DNA from: Balanoglossus misakiensis
Taxonomy: Eukaryota > Animalia > Hemichordata
Direction: 5' to 3'
Assembly (NCBI GenBank): GCA_040954595.2
Contig: CM082596.2
Span: 8,014,468-8,078,467 of the forward strand
Length of the DNA: 64,000 nucleotides
How positions within the stretch are numbered: the stretch's first letter is position 1; the number at the start of each line of letters is the position of its first letter. Both the position numbers and the translations under genes were made by a program. Shown one piece after another: positions 1-13,208 of this stretch. Below the pieces are notes generated by a model. It was given only the letters and a program-made list of their open reading frames with translations. It had not been told where the DNA came from and did not search any database.

Positions 1-303
1 GTTTGGTAGAAGACACCATTTATATTTTAATGTACATTGGATATACATGTATAGTGAATCAACATTCAACAACACACACCTTCCATCCAACTTGTAGACA
101 CGAGAGTGAAAAACTCGCCATTTAATCGGTCTCTACCGTTTATACATTTTGGCGAATTTTTACTCTCATATCCTACAAACGGGATGGAAGTTGTGTGTGG
201 TTGAACATTGATTGACTATGTATCTTCATGTAGAATAACATAAACAGTGTCTTGTATCAAACCTAATTAATGATAAAGGGGCAGTGAGAGAGACTTTGTC
301 CCT
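1..303. mobile_element. Same Kolobok-type MITE, cut by the window edge
   Basis: Ends gagactttgtccct|ttaa. Confidence 0.75.
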
Positions 304-1279
304 TTAAAGCTTTTAAAAAGTTATGTTTGTTAGAGGTTCACAGTGACACTGCCTGGAAAGAAAGCCACTGCCGACGTACGCCCACTCCCACTATTTAATA
401 AATACAGAAACATGATGACCGTGAAACGTGCAATAGTTCTCCCACCTGTGGATTATTCACTTCGTCAAAACCACTCCGATCATGTTTTTCTGTCTAGAGG
501 GGATTAACTAAGCTACTTGAACATCTTTTTAATGATCACTTCACGGTCACTTCAATGTCATTCTGTAAGTGCAACTGCAAGGCTGTTATCTTCAGTCGAA
601 TGTAAGCAACGTTTCAAGACGAATGAAAACATAGCCATGCATGGAGTCCCTCAATGGCTGTTCAGATTTGATTGCATTGACTCAACAAATAACATTTATC
701 ACAGAAACGTGATGGGTTTACCAATGCAATGGATTAGTTGCTTACTATACAATGTAAAATTAAAGGAAGCCTGTTCTAAACATGTATAATAGATTGCACT
801 TATCGCTATTAATATTACGACTGGTATAACTATTACTGAGGTGTATATTGTGTCAAAATTGCACCAAATATAAATCACCGTTATCTCTATGTAGACTGGT
901 ATTTATAAGCTAAATGACCACGCCAATAATTGTCTGAATACTGAGACACATACATCAATGCATACATAACTCTGGCTGTGTTTAATGACGTGAACTGGGT
1001 CAACAATATTCTTTCCAACAGAGAAACATCGCGTGAGCAAATTGGGACATGTGCAAGACTTTAGCAAACACAATCCCCATGTAATAAAAATTCAAAGCAT
1101 TTTTCGTAATAATTTTCAAGACATTATACGCTTCAGCAAATACATGTACAATGCTGGGCAAAAATGATATACTATTTTATTTCAGTAATAATCATTAATA
1201 GCGACTATATAATTTCATGTGGCACCTTGCCCTTAGTGCTGGCGGCATATGAAACCAATATCTCTGGTGGCTGATGCCA

Positions 1280-1345
1280 TAGTCTAGTAGTACCTACCCG
1301 TACTTTGCAAGCAAAGCGGACAAAATACGGCTAGGTTCTAGACTA
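1280..1345. mobile_element. 66-bp MITE with TAG..CTA termini and 9-bp TSD (AcademH-like)
   Basis: ctgatgcca|tagtctag ... ctagacta|ctgatgcca. Confidence 0.65.
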
Positions 1346-2930
1346 CTGATGCCACTAATTTCCCTAGGACCTGGCAATGGCTATAAAATAAACCTCCCAG
1401 TGGTCAGATTAGTCCGCTGTGGTGTTGGGGATTTGTGGATGTGGGTTTGTCGTAGTGGTTTTGCATGAGGAGTAATTGCTAAGCTTGCTACATATGCTTT
1501 GGTGCAGCAAGTCTGGGTTTGAACTTTGTACACCATAAAATACAAGTCTATTTTCTGTGCCTATTAAAATCAATAGTAAGATGTTACACTCGGTCCCAGC
1601 TGGTATCAGGACGGGTGCACCATACATTCTGTGTCCTCATTGTTATTTTTGGCCAACACAGAACTACCGGTATATACACCTACACAAGGCTGACATACAC
1701 TGATGTGAACCCTACTTATTTGAATGTACACACCAATAAAATCCGACTATAATTTTTTATTGTGGCTGGGGCAGATGGCTGAATTGATACCCCTAGGTTA
1801 CCCTAGTAGGGTTTTGTTTTATTTTAGTGATGATCATGTACTGTATATTTACAAACTGGTACATGAGAAACAGTTTTAATGTTTAGGAACTTTAAAAAAA
1901 AGTAAATGAGCACATTTCAAATTGGTAAATTTAAAGCTAGCAGTATTATGCAGAGACAACAATTTGTCCCTCTTTAGTATGACTATGAGGGAATGTTCCA
2001 TCCAAGGGGACTGTCCCATTTGCCAGATTTTTCTTTTTCTGGGGGGGGGGGGGGGTTTCACTCTGGCAAGTGGGACTACATGTATGTGACTGACATCATT
2101 GTAAGACAGTGCTTGTCAAGTTGACAAATTACTAGGGGATGCCAAGTGGTGAATCACCCCATTCCCCTGTCTAGATGAAACACTTTGGAGAAAAATTAAT
2201 GAATATTGCAACAATATAGGAGATGCTAACATTGTATCTTATTCGCCCCGGGTCCAGTGGTATTGAAACACGCTATCTGTTTGCCTTTGTCCAACTATCT
2301 CCCATTTCCCAAAAGAAATTAACACTCCCCTATACCAATCTAACTTAATCACCTGCTACGTCAATACTACAAAAGACATCCACATTTCAACATTTACCTC
2401 TAAACCTGTAAAAATATCCAATGGGTCCCGTTTTTAAAATCTGATTTCTTGTAAAAGTCACCAAGCCCTGAATAACTGTGTGTCGTTTTATGTTCAGTTT
2501 TTATGAAGTACGTATGGCTGAATCAAGTTTGTATTACACTGGAGTTTATTTTTCTCTGTTTTTATAGACCACATTTGTGCTCAAGTACTCAAGACAGGGC
2601 AACAAAACATAACATCTCCTGAGTATAAACTGAAGGGTCATTGTTCGCATTTCTAGCCCGTTGACCGACATACATAACAATTTCATGAACTTTCAACTCC
2701 TGTGGTAACTACTGGGGTCAAATAATTGGTGACCGCATTAAAGTACAGTAAAGTCCTTTCCCTATCGCCTGTCTATATTCTACACATGCAGGGAATCTCA
2801 GTACCTGCATATGCTTGCAATGGGGGCACTATGTCAAGTTTGTCTGCAGACCTGTGTGGCTTAATGGCCATTCCAAGCATGGCCTGGCCCCCATATTAAG
2901 TGCAAGACGCATTATACAAATAATGGACGA

Positions 2931-3044
2931 TGCCCTGACCAGTAACATTTGTTTATGGGCAAGGGCGAGGGGAAAGCCAAAAATTCATGGGCGAGTGGCT
3001 TTCCTCGAGCCCTTGCCCATAAACAAACGTTAATGGTCAGGGCA
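2931..3044. repeat. Long imperfect hairpin, probably part of a non-autonomous element
   Basis: tgccctgacca...tttgtttatgggcaagggcgagg..aaagcca / tggcttt..cctcg.gcccttgcccataaacaaa...tggtcagggca. Confidence 0.7.
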
Positions 3045-4627
3045 GAGTCGGTAATTTCCATTATATTACCAACAAACTCAAGAAAACCGTCAAAATTTAT
3101 GAAAATGTCCCACGCAAAAGACTAGGGGACCCGGAACTTGTGTTACGCAAAATGTTGTATTCACTGAACTGTTTGCTAATATTACTATAAAAATTCAGAT
3201 TTACGGGCATGTAAAACAAACCATTACTGAGTATTTGTAGTCAGTGACGTCGTTCATCTCGACCAATTAAAATGCAACGCACAGGCCATATCGACTTCCA
3301 TTTCTTTGAACATGGCAAACATCTGCCACCTTGAAACCTGGGTGATCACATGTGATTTTTATCACTCACCTAGGGAGCAAAAACTGACTTTAATAAAGTA
3401 CACCTGCAAGGTGACCTTGATCTCCTTATAAAAAGCCATGCAGCCAATGGGCTATAATCGCAAAGCTGACAGGGCTGGGATTATTGTTCTTTTAAGAACA
3501 TGAGATATCACTCTAGATCATTCCCAGGGTTTCTGTATCACACTGAAGACACACAAATACAATACTTGCATCTTTATCACAAAACACTGATCAAATCTAA
3601 TGCTCGTGGGATTTCGTGGGTACACACAGAAACAGGTGAAGGGGAAACTGATTGGGCACATGCCAACTTTGACATTCAAAGACTTGATGGATTGCTGAAA
3701 GTGACTCAATCTTGCTCAGAGACAACTGTCAAGAGTTATCTCAAGTGGAGTGCAATACTTTTTTTTGTCGTTTTATTTGGATCTGTATTAGATAAAAAAT
3801 GAATAAAAAAATATCGGAATTTGCTCATCATTCAAAGGAGAGATAAATTCTTCTTGATAAATCCATGATTAGCGACAATCTGGTCCACGGTGCTGGAGAT
3901 GTGAAAACTTAGATCGGATTTTCTTGTCTGCCCTATAGGCATAAAAAGCAACAGCACAGTGCAAATAAGTACCCCCTCCCCCTACATCTATCTGATGGTG
4001 TAATGCACACACACACTATCAAGTGATGCGAAATTGTATCCGCTTGCAACAACACTGCTGAGAAAAATATGGGGTGTGATTATTTTTTTCAGAAACTGAA
4101 CTCGTGCTAAACTTGAGCCTTCAGCAAATATGACTTTCAGTAGCGTAGTATCCTTAGTCAGTGACGTGCTGTATTGGCTTACAGAACACAATACCACACA
4201 AAAACCACATGACGTTGTTTTCAGTTTTCATAATTAACCGCGTTATAGCTCAATGGGTTGATTAATTACTTCCCTGCACAATTGGTGCATATCTCTGGTT
4301 CGACTGCACTATTCCCATCAACTTTGTCCAATTAACTGTACTATTGCCATCAACTTTGTCCGAATAAATTGTGTCATGTCATCCTCCACCTAACTGTTTT
4401 ATTTGGAAATGAAATTTTTGTCACATAATTTTAGAAATACATGCGTGTATCTCTAAAAGAATCCAAATTAGATTGAGTTCATATTTCAGAGAGCTGCAGC
4501 TCATGTTGCATTTTTAATAATGTTCAGTACAAGGTCATATATTACTGTACATCAAATTTTGCCACAAATAAACCGTCTTGAAAAATTTGCATATCTGCAG
4601 TCCTTTATCCTAGAAATGTGGCTGTAT

Positions 4628-5221
4628 CAACTTTCATAGGAGCTCCTAACGCAAAAACACATTTAAATTTTTAATTAAAGAATCTCCCGAGAGTGTTTTA
4701 AAATGTCATGACATTCAAAGATAACTGTAAAACAGGAAATTTAACGCGACAGGAAATTTTTCGCGATATCAAAAGAGGCAACTGTTATGCGACGATTAAT
4801 TTTCGTGTTCTCATATTTCACTAACGGCATCGATATCTCCGAAAAATATTTGTACGTGACTTTTTATTTTCGCGATTTTTTCGGCTCTTGCGAAGTTCGC
4901 GAAAAATTTCTCATTTGTGAAGATTTCCCGTTGTACAGTACAACTTTCATTGGAGCTCCCAACACAAAAACACATTTAAATTTTTAAAGATTCTTCCGAG
5001 AGCGTTTTAAAATGTCATGACATTCAAAGGCTACTGTAAAATGGAAAATTTTTAACGATATCAAAAGAGGCAATTGATGATTAATTTTCACATTCATTTC
5101 ACTAACTGCATTGATATCACTGAAAAACATTTTTTACACTACTTTTTATTTTCACATTTCTTTCGGCTCTTGCGGAGTTCGTAGAAATTTCTCGCTCATG
5201 AAGATTTCCCATTGTACTGTA
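4628..5221 (+). repeat. Tandem duplication (about 300 bp) of a MITE plus its flank
   Basis: caactttcat.ggagctcc...gacattcaaag + MITE at 4628-4940 and again at 4941-5221. Confidence 0.8.
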
Positions 5222-8220
5222 TACATGACTACCTGACCTTTACATTCTCCGTTATCTAGGATTCAGTTGGAAAAGCCCACGGGCAACTTTAGAATATGCA
5301 TTAGGTTTTGATGAAAGGGCATCACCCAGAAAGAAGATAGTTTTGTGCCGTTCCTTGTACTTGGAAATGCATGATATGAAACAGTGTTTTTGTGTGTGAT
5401 TTCTACAGAGAAAAATCTGCCATAAGGCATGGAAAATTAAACGGCAAAGAACGCATTATCCATCTATAATATGCCAACTGATTTTCCAAATTGATCGCAT
5501 GCATCAACCAGATGTTATGTAAATGTTCAATTTTTTTTCGTTATTTACACTGACATTGATCATGCTTTGTTCAGCTCAATCTAAATCAGTTCGTACAGTA
5601 CATTAGCCCCATTTACATCAGCCATGGTTCACACAAAGCAGCTAGCTGACATGATATCGAATTGAAGGGGGGGGGGGGGGGGGGGGAGTTTTTTTGTAAC
5701 CATAAAACGACACAGAACTTTTACAGAAATTATTTTTAGCTATTTTATTACTTCATTCAGAACAAAAATACACTGACTGTTCAAATATGCTGCACAATAA
5801 AGCATTTCATTGTTAATACAACACTATTTATTATTTAGTTCCATTTTCCACTCACACAGGTTGTTAATAGCTCGACTAAAAACTCTCCTACTTTAATACT
5901 CAATCACCCGTGTGGGGACTTCATTGTACCTTCGACTCATGGAAGTTGGCCACTGAGCTTCTAAATCTGACAGACCAATCACAGTGCGTGTTACATGTAC
6001 ATACCATCTTGGGGTGTAGCTCAGCAGTCTCAGTAAGGAATTACATGATTGGCTACTTACTTACATTGCCATATACAACCACCCAGTGGCACTTGTAAAT
6101 CCATAATCTACAATGAAGAAGCCCATTCTGCTAAAGGTCTTGTTCTAGTATGCGTAGGTGTAGTAGTTCTTACATGTACTTCTAGTTTGCATAATACCTT
6201 TATGAGTTTATCTCTTAATCCAGGAAGGAGAGGTCAAGGGTAAAATTTTAAAGCATTATGTGATAGCTGTAGGCTGTGTTGCCAAACATTTTCATAGGAT
6301 TACCATAGTAGAGATGCATGCATGGGTCAACCTCTAAAGACAGGTTTCACGAACTCTAATACTAATCAGTGTTCTAGCCTTCCCCTACTACCATCTGGCA
6401 GTAAGATGCTTATTAAAAAAATACTTATTTGGATGTAAAAGCTGGCCTCCAGCGATTTCATTTGCCTCCATTTGAGGTCAGTCAGTGAAAGCGGTTCTCT
6501 CGTGTGCGATTGGCTCTAATTAGTTTTAAAAATGTGAGTGTCATTCATTATTATTCATAATAGATAATTTGTTTCCGAGAAGTGATAAAGTCATGCATGA
6601 CAGTGGAAACATTATTTATTTCTCCTTTGTACTTCTGCCTTAAACGTATCACAAGGGCACAAAAAAAGCAACTGTTACGCGAGGATTAATTTTTCGCGTT
6701 CTCGTTTTTCACTAATTGCATTGTTATCTCAGAAAAACGTTTTACGCGACTTTTTACTTTCACCTTTTTTCGCGAAAATTTATTGCTCTTGAAAATAATT
6801 TGTTTTACAGTATATATACATGTACCTATTAACACAAACAAACAGCTTCTATTTCTGTTGAGAAAACACAGAAAACTGAAAAAAATTTGAAAACTGTTTT
6901 CCTTCAGGTGTGCTATTCAACCTTCAAGCAAGCATAAAACCATGAACAGATATTACACCCACAAATTGCAATTTAAGTGTACTACAAATATATTGAACAT
7001 TCCCAGGTGGAATGCCAGTCTGTAAAACCAGCGACGCCAATAAAGTATATCACAATCCAGCACTGCAGTGGTCAGGGACATCTCAGCTACTCTCTAGGGG
7101 GAATAATCCATAAATCAATGCTTGACTTTCAGAGTGACATTGATTGTTCGAGGTCTGTTTAAAGCAGACTTCTTGAGAGACGCCATCTTCTATTACCCCA
7201 GTAATTGTGCGTATATACATGTTCTATACAATTTGCCACTCTCTATTCTCCATTACAACTGTCATCAACAGAAGCTGTTCCTATTCAACCCCATCTCCTC
7301 ATAAATCTTGGCAAACATACAATTCTAAGGATACGACCTGGATTTGACCTCCCCGCGAGAACATTATCTCTCAAATTGCTCCCTGGGTAATACCTTGGCC
7401 TGACATACCAGTACAGCTACACAACTGTCAGATCTACAAATTAATCTGGTTTAGATCGGTGAATCTTGTAACCACACTTTCTCCATCTTTCATGTCAGCT
7501 TGGAAGTTCCTTTTAATCTTGGAAACTTCAATCATTTAAATCAAGATAATAATTTTATATGTCATAAATTATACTAAGTGTCAAGCGTCGTAATGACTGA
7601 ATAAGGACCAAATATTAGCATAATGTAGGTGGCCATTTTGTGCTTTGACCGAACACAACATTAACTTCGCAACAAATTTTATTTACTGGATTTTATGACA
7701 ACAAATAACAACACCATAACAACTCCTGAAAAAAAGTCGATCCTTTAGATTAATCAATGGCCTGGTAAGCAATAGTTTCCAGTGGGGTTATACAATTAAG
7801 ATGTCCAGAATAAAATTCAGTGCTAAGATGAGCACGGACAAAAGGGACATGTTGAGCAATGCAACAAATGTCATACCTCAAAACGACAGTGACTACCTTT
7901 GCCCTTTATTACTACAATGACCTATTCAATATAAAAATCCCGGCTGGATGTTGAATACAGCGGTGTACCAGAGTACAATTCAGGCTTGTTGAATGTCACA
8001 TTGATTATGTGTGTCAACCATCTTGATATCAATGCACAGTGATCGACACATACAAATCGTGATATTTTTAGGTAACGTGAATATCGCTAATTCACAGCGT
8101 AGCTACAGGGGGGCCTGGCTGACTTGTTAGACTTGCATACAGAACCCCTCATCCCTGCATTCATGTCAAAATGCGGGTATTTCCTGACTCCACCAAGCGT
8201 GACAGACAACCAACAGTATA

Positions 8221-8410
8221 CTGTAAAACGGGTTATTTTCGCGTGCAATAAATTTCCCCGAAATACGCGAGAGCCAAAAAACGTAAAATGTTTTTCGGAG
8301 ATAACGATGCAGTTAGTGAAATACAAGAATGTGAAAATTAATCCTCGCGTAACAGTTGCCTCTTTTGATATCGCGAAAATTTCCTGTCGCGAAAATAAAC
8401 CGTTTTACAG
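8221..8410. mobile_element. Tc1/mariner-type MITE (TA TSD, CTGTAAAA termini, about 200 bp); family also at about 4724-4938, 5033-5219, 6660-6809 and 38600-38660
   Basis: ta|ctgtaaaacgggttattttcgcg ... cgcgaaaataaaccgttttacag|ta. Confidence 0.8.
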
Positions 8411-9989
8411 TATACCGAGCCACCCTGAGGTTAATGTCAGTATTCTGTTCCTCCATTAAATCCGTCCAGGTGTGTGTGCGTGCTACATATTAAAAATACA
8501 TAAGGCTCGTTTTCAAAAAACATCACAGATAGGATCCTGCTGGAGAAAATTTCAAGCCTCATGATTACTGAAGCTTTACTGTTATTCTGGCAAAGACGTC
8601 TTAAAAATCAGTCATCCAAAAATGCCTTCAGTCATTCAATTATGATTTTCAAACTCTTCCGGAAATACTAGCTTCAGGCTGTCATCATCATGTTAAATTT
8701 ATCAGAAGAGATAGATTATTAATTTAAATGTATCAAAGGTTCATAAATACGTATATTGATAACTTTTCTGGTCTTGCTGATGAATCCAATTTATTCCACA
8801 CCTATCTGCAAAATTACCCCAAGTTAACGTGGAAAGTTGAGATCTAGGTCATCAGAAGATCTAGAAATGACCTTTTAACCATATATGGGCATACGTAAAT
8901 TAGAGATGATTCCCTTAAGTGATGATTATTCTATGGCAGGAACAGTTCATGGAAGTGATTAATTTTTTATTAAGGGCATACACTCCACAAGTTATTACCT
9001 AGAGAACACTTTGAAAAGAATATTTATGATTTATAAATCCGAAGAATCATTTTGAAAGAAATTTCTAAAAAAACGCATTACAAGTATAATCTCAAAGCGA
9101 AGATGTCCTGTACCCCTAGGTCCAACAAAATTCTAAATGAATTTTTATTTCATAACCATGTGCAAAGAAATAAGGCTGATAGCAATAAGATTCTACAATT
9201 CCTAAAATTGACAGCCATTATTACTGACAAGTATTGTCAGAGCTGCTGACAAGAATTTTCACTACTCATCTCCTTACAAATTTATTATCAGTCAATACTC
9301 CAAAACGAAAATCGTGCATGCCTGTATTTTGTCAATTTAAGGGGGATTTGGATCATTTTGGAGGGATTTGAGACATCTTTATGTGCAAAATAAGACGGCC
9401 ATGTCTTCAATTCAATGATTAACCGACACTAGGGTGTACTTTACAAATAGAGAAAATCCTGCAATGAAAGCCAACTATATAATTCAATCACCCAGGCCAA
9501 ACACATTACTTTATCGCAAAGTACATGTGCCTTATAATGCAGCCCTAAGCAGTGACATCGATAAGAGCTGGTAGGAAAAAAACCCCACAGCTGATGTCCT
9601 CATTTTAGAAGCGCAGTTTTGTTTGTTCTCCATGAAACTGTATCATATTGATCTTTCAGCGCCCAAAGAGCGAAACCGATTATTTTTTGTGTTTTATACG
9701 GGTCCCGCAAATCGTACTCCAGGTACACAGGTGCTGCATGCAAGACTGGTGACTTGGCATATTAAACTTTGGTGTTGCCATTTTTGTCAAAAACAGTTAT
9801 TATACAATGCTTTTTTTTATAATTTTACGGCATGTAGAACTGTGGTATCACCTTTGATTTAATGGACCACAAAATAAATAAAACTTGCAGTTCTGTGTCA
9901 TATGAGGGAAAAAGTACACAATCAACAGAAATTTATTTTTACGGTATAGCCATTAACGTGATGAGTTATATATATACCCACCACTTCTG

Positions 9990-10095
9990 GGTAAGGGAGA
10001 AGGAATGAGATTGAGAATTAAAATTGCCTTGCTCAAGGGCATTATACATTGCAACCATGTCCAGGTTTCGAACTCGCCATCCTAGACTCTTATAC
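9990..10095 (-). mobile_element. Degenerate tRNA-derived SINE fragment
   Basis: On the minus strand, B-box-like gagttcgaaacc followed by gcccttgagcaaggca, a typical SINE body motif. Confidence 0.45.
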
Positions 10096-11054
10096 AGTAG
10101 TATTCCTTAGCCATGTTTGAGTCACATATCCACTGCCCTCCAATGGCGAGCTCTGTACCCTCGCCACTGGCACATATGCAATTATTAATGATGTATTAAA
10201 AAATACTTATGTACAAAAGCAGTGCATGATGACCTTGTCATGCATAGTAGGCATGTCATAGCTGTATGTAGGGTATACTGACCGCTGCATCCACTATAAA
10301 TATACTGTAATTGTGTGGTTCCATTCACAGTAGATATTTTTATTTTGTAGATTTAGCCTGAAAAAGGTCAGGGTCGGTAGCGTAAAAATAAGGGTAGGTT
10401 GGGTTATAGAAACCAAGTTTTTTGTGTGCCAAAAACTTGGTGTGGTCACTTAAAATGTAACATAGCTAAACTCAAACTGGTGTGGTAGACCTATGATGTA
10501 AATTCCTATATTCAAAGACCATTCTGCAGGCTGCAAAGGACTCTTTGACATGCAGTTTGGTCCAGATATGAAGGGCCAAAAATTTGCCCTGGCCGTTACT
10601 TGATATCGCAGTCCTGAATAAACCTAATCAAATTGATGTGAATTATACTGACATGTTATCATGAAAAAGAGTATTATCAACTCCCACTTGGTGAGAAACT
10701 TACTCCATTCAGATAACCCACTCTGCTGTGGTCTCTGCCCGTAATGTGAGAATTAATACAACCTTTGCTGATACCTGCAAGACCAGCTTTGTACTTATAG
10801 TATTTATTTCCTAGCTTAGCTAAAATATAAAAAAATTATAAACCAGTTTATACGGAAATAAATTCTAGATTTCTAGATCAGCATTTGCATGAATATCATA
10901 TTTCTGCAGATGTGTGTAGTACGAAGAGCTCGGATTTCTTGGGTGCAGATGAACTACATGTAGCCTTCTCAGGTGACTGACAAACGAATTTACCCATAAT
11001 AGTTTTAGAAGTTTAACAGTTCACATTACATACATGTATATATGCATATAGATG

Positions 11055-11222
11055 CAGCGTTTTTGTTAAGGGCAGTACCTAGGTAAAATCTACCGGAGTT
11101 CCCCAGTCATTTTACCGGGGTTCCCCTGGGTGTATCAATGTAGTTATGAAGGGGTTGTAGAAATATTTACCGGGGTTCCCAAATCCATTACCAATGTTCT
11201 CCAACCTTAGCAAAAAACACTG
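11055..11222. mobile_element. hAT-type MITE with 5-bp TSD (related fragment about 27737-27890)
   Basis: agatg|cagcgtttttgttaagg ... ccttagcaaaaaacactg|agatg. Confidence 0.6.
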
Positions 11223-12118
11223 AGATGACATCACCTCTAACTTTGAACAACCTGTATGGATGTATTAAACACACATGGATATAGTCTGCACAGAGGTAAT
11301 GTGCCGGTATTTCCCACGTAGTGCATCACACGTACTGTAAACAAGTGTAAGGCATCTTTTAGATAAACAAAAATTCCAGTTTACAAGAGGTTTTGGAATT
11401 GAACACATATAGGGGCCCTGGGTCATCTAATTTGCAAACAGGTGTGGCAATGTTTTTTTCATATTCACGTCCAGCATGCGCCCGAATGTACTACCAATGT
11501 ACATGTACCAGTGTATTTTACCGGTAACTCTATACGCAGCATTGTCAATGCTACAATTCAGACCCACATTTTTGTCAACTGTATGACCTGATACCATTTT
11601 CTGATTCGAAATCATGGTTTGAACTCTCAAAGGGTTGAAAATGCAAGTGATAATGCAGGTCGGAATGTTGGCCTTGATATTAAACGCTTCATTGTATATA
11701 TCCATCCATGCAATCATTCTAAATGCACATTTGGTTAATTTTTAATGTACATGCACAAAGCTATGATAACATATATCAGACTTTGATAGTTACAAATCGT
11801 AATATGAGTGTCATGCATCTGGATTTTTCATCTCAAACGTTTATAAAATTAACTTTGCATGGTTTGTACATATAAGTTAGTGTAACAGGTGTGTGTCCAC
11901 CATGCACACCGTGTTAAATTACCTTTTATCATTCTATACAACCCTATCAGCAAAGCAAGGCTTAACACATGATCAATTTCCAAAAGATATTTGTCTGTGC
12001 AGAAAACGCAGCAGCAGCCACAAGTACATGTAATAGATCTGATTTTCATGATTTTTCTTCCGTTTGTCTTTCATCACTACAAGGGTAGCACAACAACACC
12101 GCGATTGGTAGAGTCAGT

Positions 12119-12335
12119 TAAGGACAAAGTCTCTCTCTCTCGCTGCCCTATTTCCATTAATTAAGTTTGATACAAGACACAGTTTATGTTATTCTGCATG
12201 TGGATATATAGTGAATCAACATTCGATAAGACACACATTCCGTCCTGCTTGTAGACACGAGAGTGACAAAACTCACCACAATGAATAATCGGTCTCTACT
12301 GTTTATTCACTTTGGCGAGATATTTACTCTCACAT
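12119..12335. mobile_element. Same Kolobok-type MITE, partial
   Basis: aggacaaagtctctctctctcgctgccc start; truncated on the right. Confidence 0.7.
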
Positions 12336-13069
12336 ACTAAAAAATGTAACCTAGTTATTGTTAATCAATGTTTCTCTATAGAGACACAGCCGTATATACA
12401 TGCAACCACCATACAGAATTTCACAATAAAAAAGTAACCACCTGTCTACTATTATCTTGTCAATTTTTGCAAGGGCCAACACAGTGCACGAAACTACATT
12501 CTATCACAGCCCCTCTATTAATACAGAGGGACTGATTGTACATATTAAGCCTCATAAAAGAACCAGGACTTCATTGACCTCCATATATTATATATCGGTT
12601 CCAATGAACAAAGCTCCGTGACCCATCTGGAAGCCGGCCATTCACGCGGATCCCGACAGCTGTTTATTATCTGTACACATGTAGTTTTTAAAGCGCCTGT
12701 GCACTGTTTTATAGGATAGACTTTTTTATGTGGTTTTGCTGCCTGACCCTATCTGTCGTACGTGCAACCTGTAACCAACCACTGCCTTTGAAATGAAAGA
12801 GTAAAAATGCACGTAGCATCACAAGAACACTGTGTTCCCGTTTGATGCAAACTAGCACACAAAAGTGTGACATAAATAATACCAATTGTTCTAGCGGGTA
12901 TATTTCGTCTCTGCTGAGCAACTCTATATATGCACCATGCATGCACAGTATTGGTTTATCGTAATGTGATTGAACCCGATGCTGAACATTACGACAAACA
13001 CACAAATCAAATTGCTAAGCAATCAAACAAGCCAGGTACATTTATAGACGATACTGCACTGCAGTCGCC

Positions 13070-13208
13070 AGGACCTGCTAGGATCTTCAGTTGCTGTCAT
13101 GCCCAGTCTATGCTACGGCTGGCTGCTTCGTTCATTCTAAGAATTATATAATTGCAGGGATTTGTGGATGAATTGTAATGTTTATAAACGACAACCCCTT
13201 CACTTTAA
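13070..13208 (+). repeat. Dispersed repeat fragment (second copy about 14846-14997)
   Basis: gacct.ctaggatcttcagttgctgtca...gcttcgttcattctaagaattat...cactttaa occurs twice. Confidence 0.75.

Noticed and set aside
7160-7500. Possible internal exon of the Ser-rich gene
   Set aside because: No frame with compatible splice sites and phase could be established.
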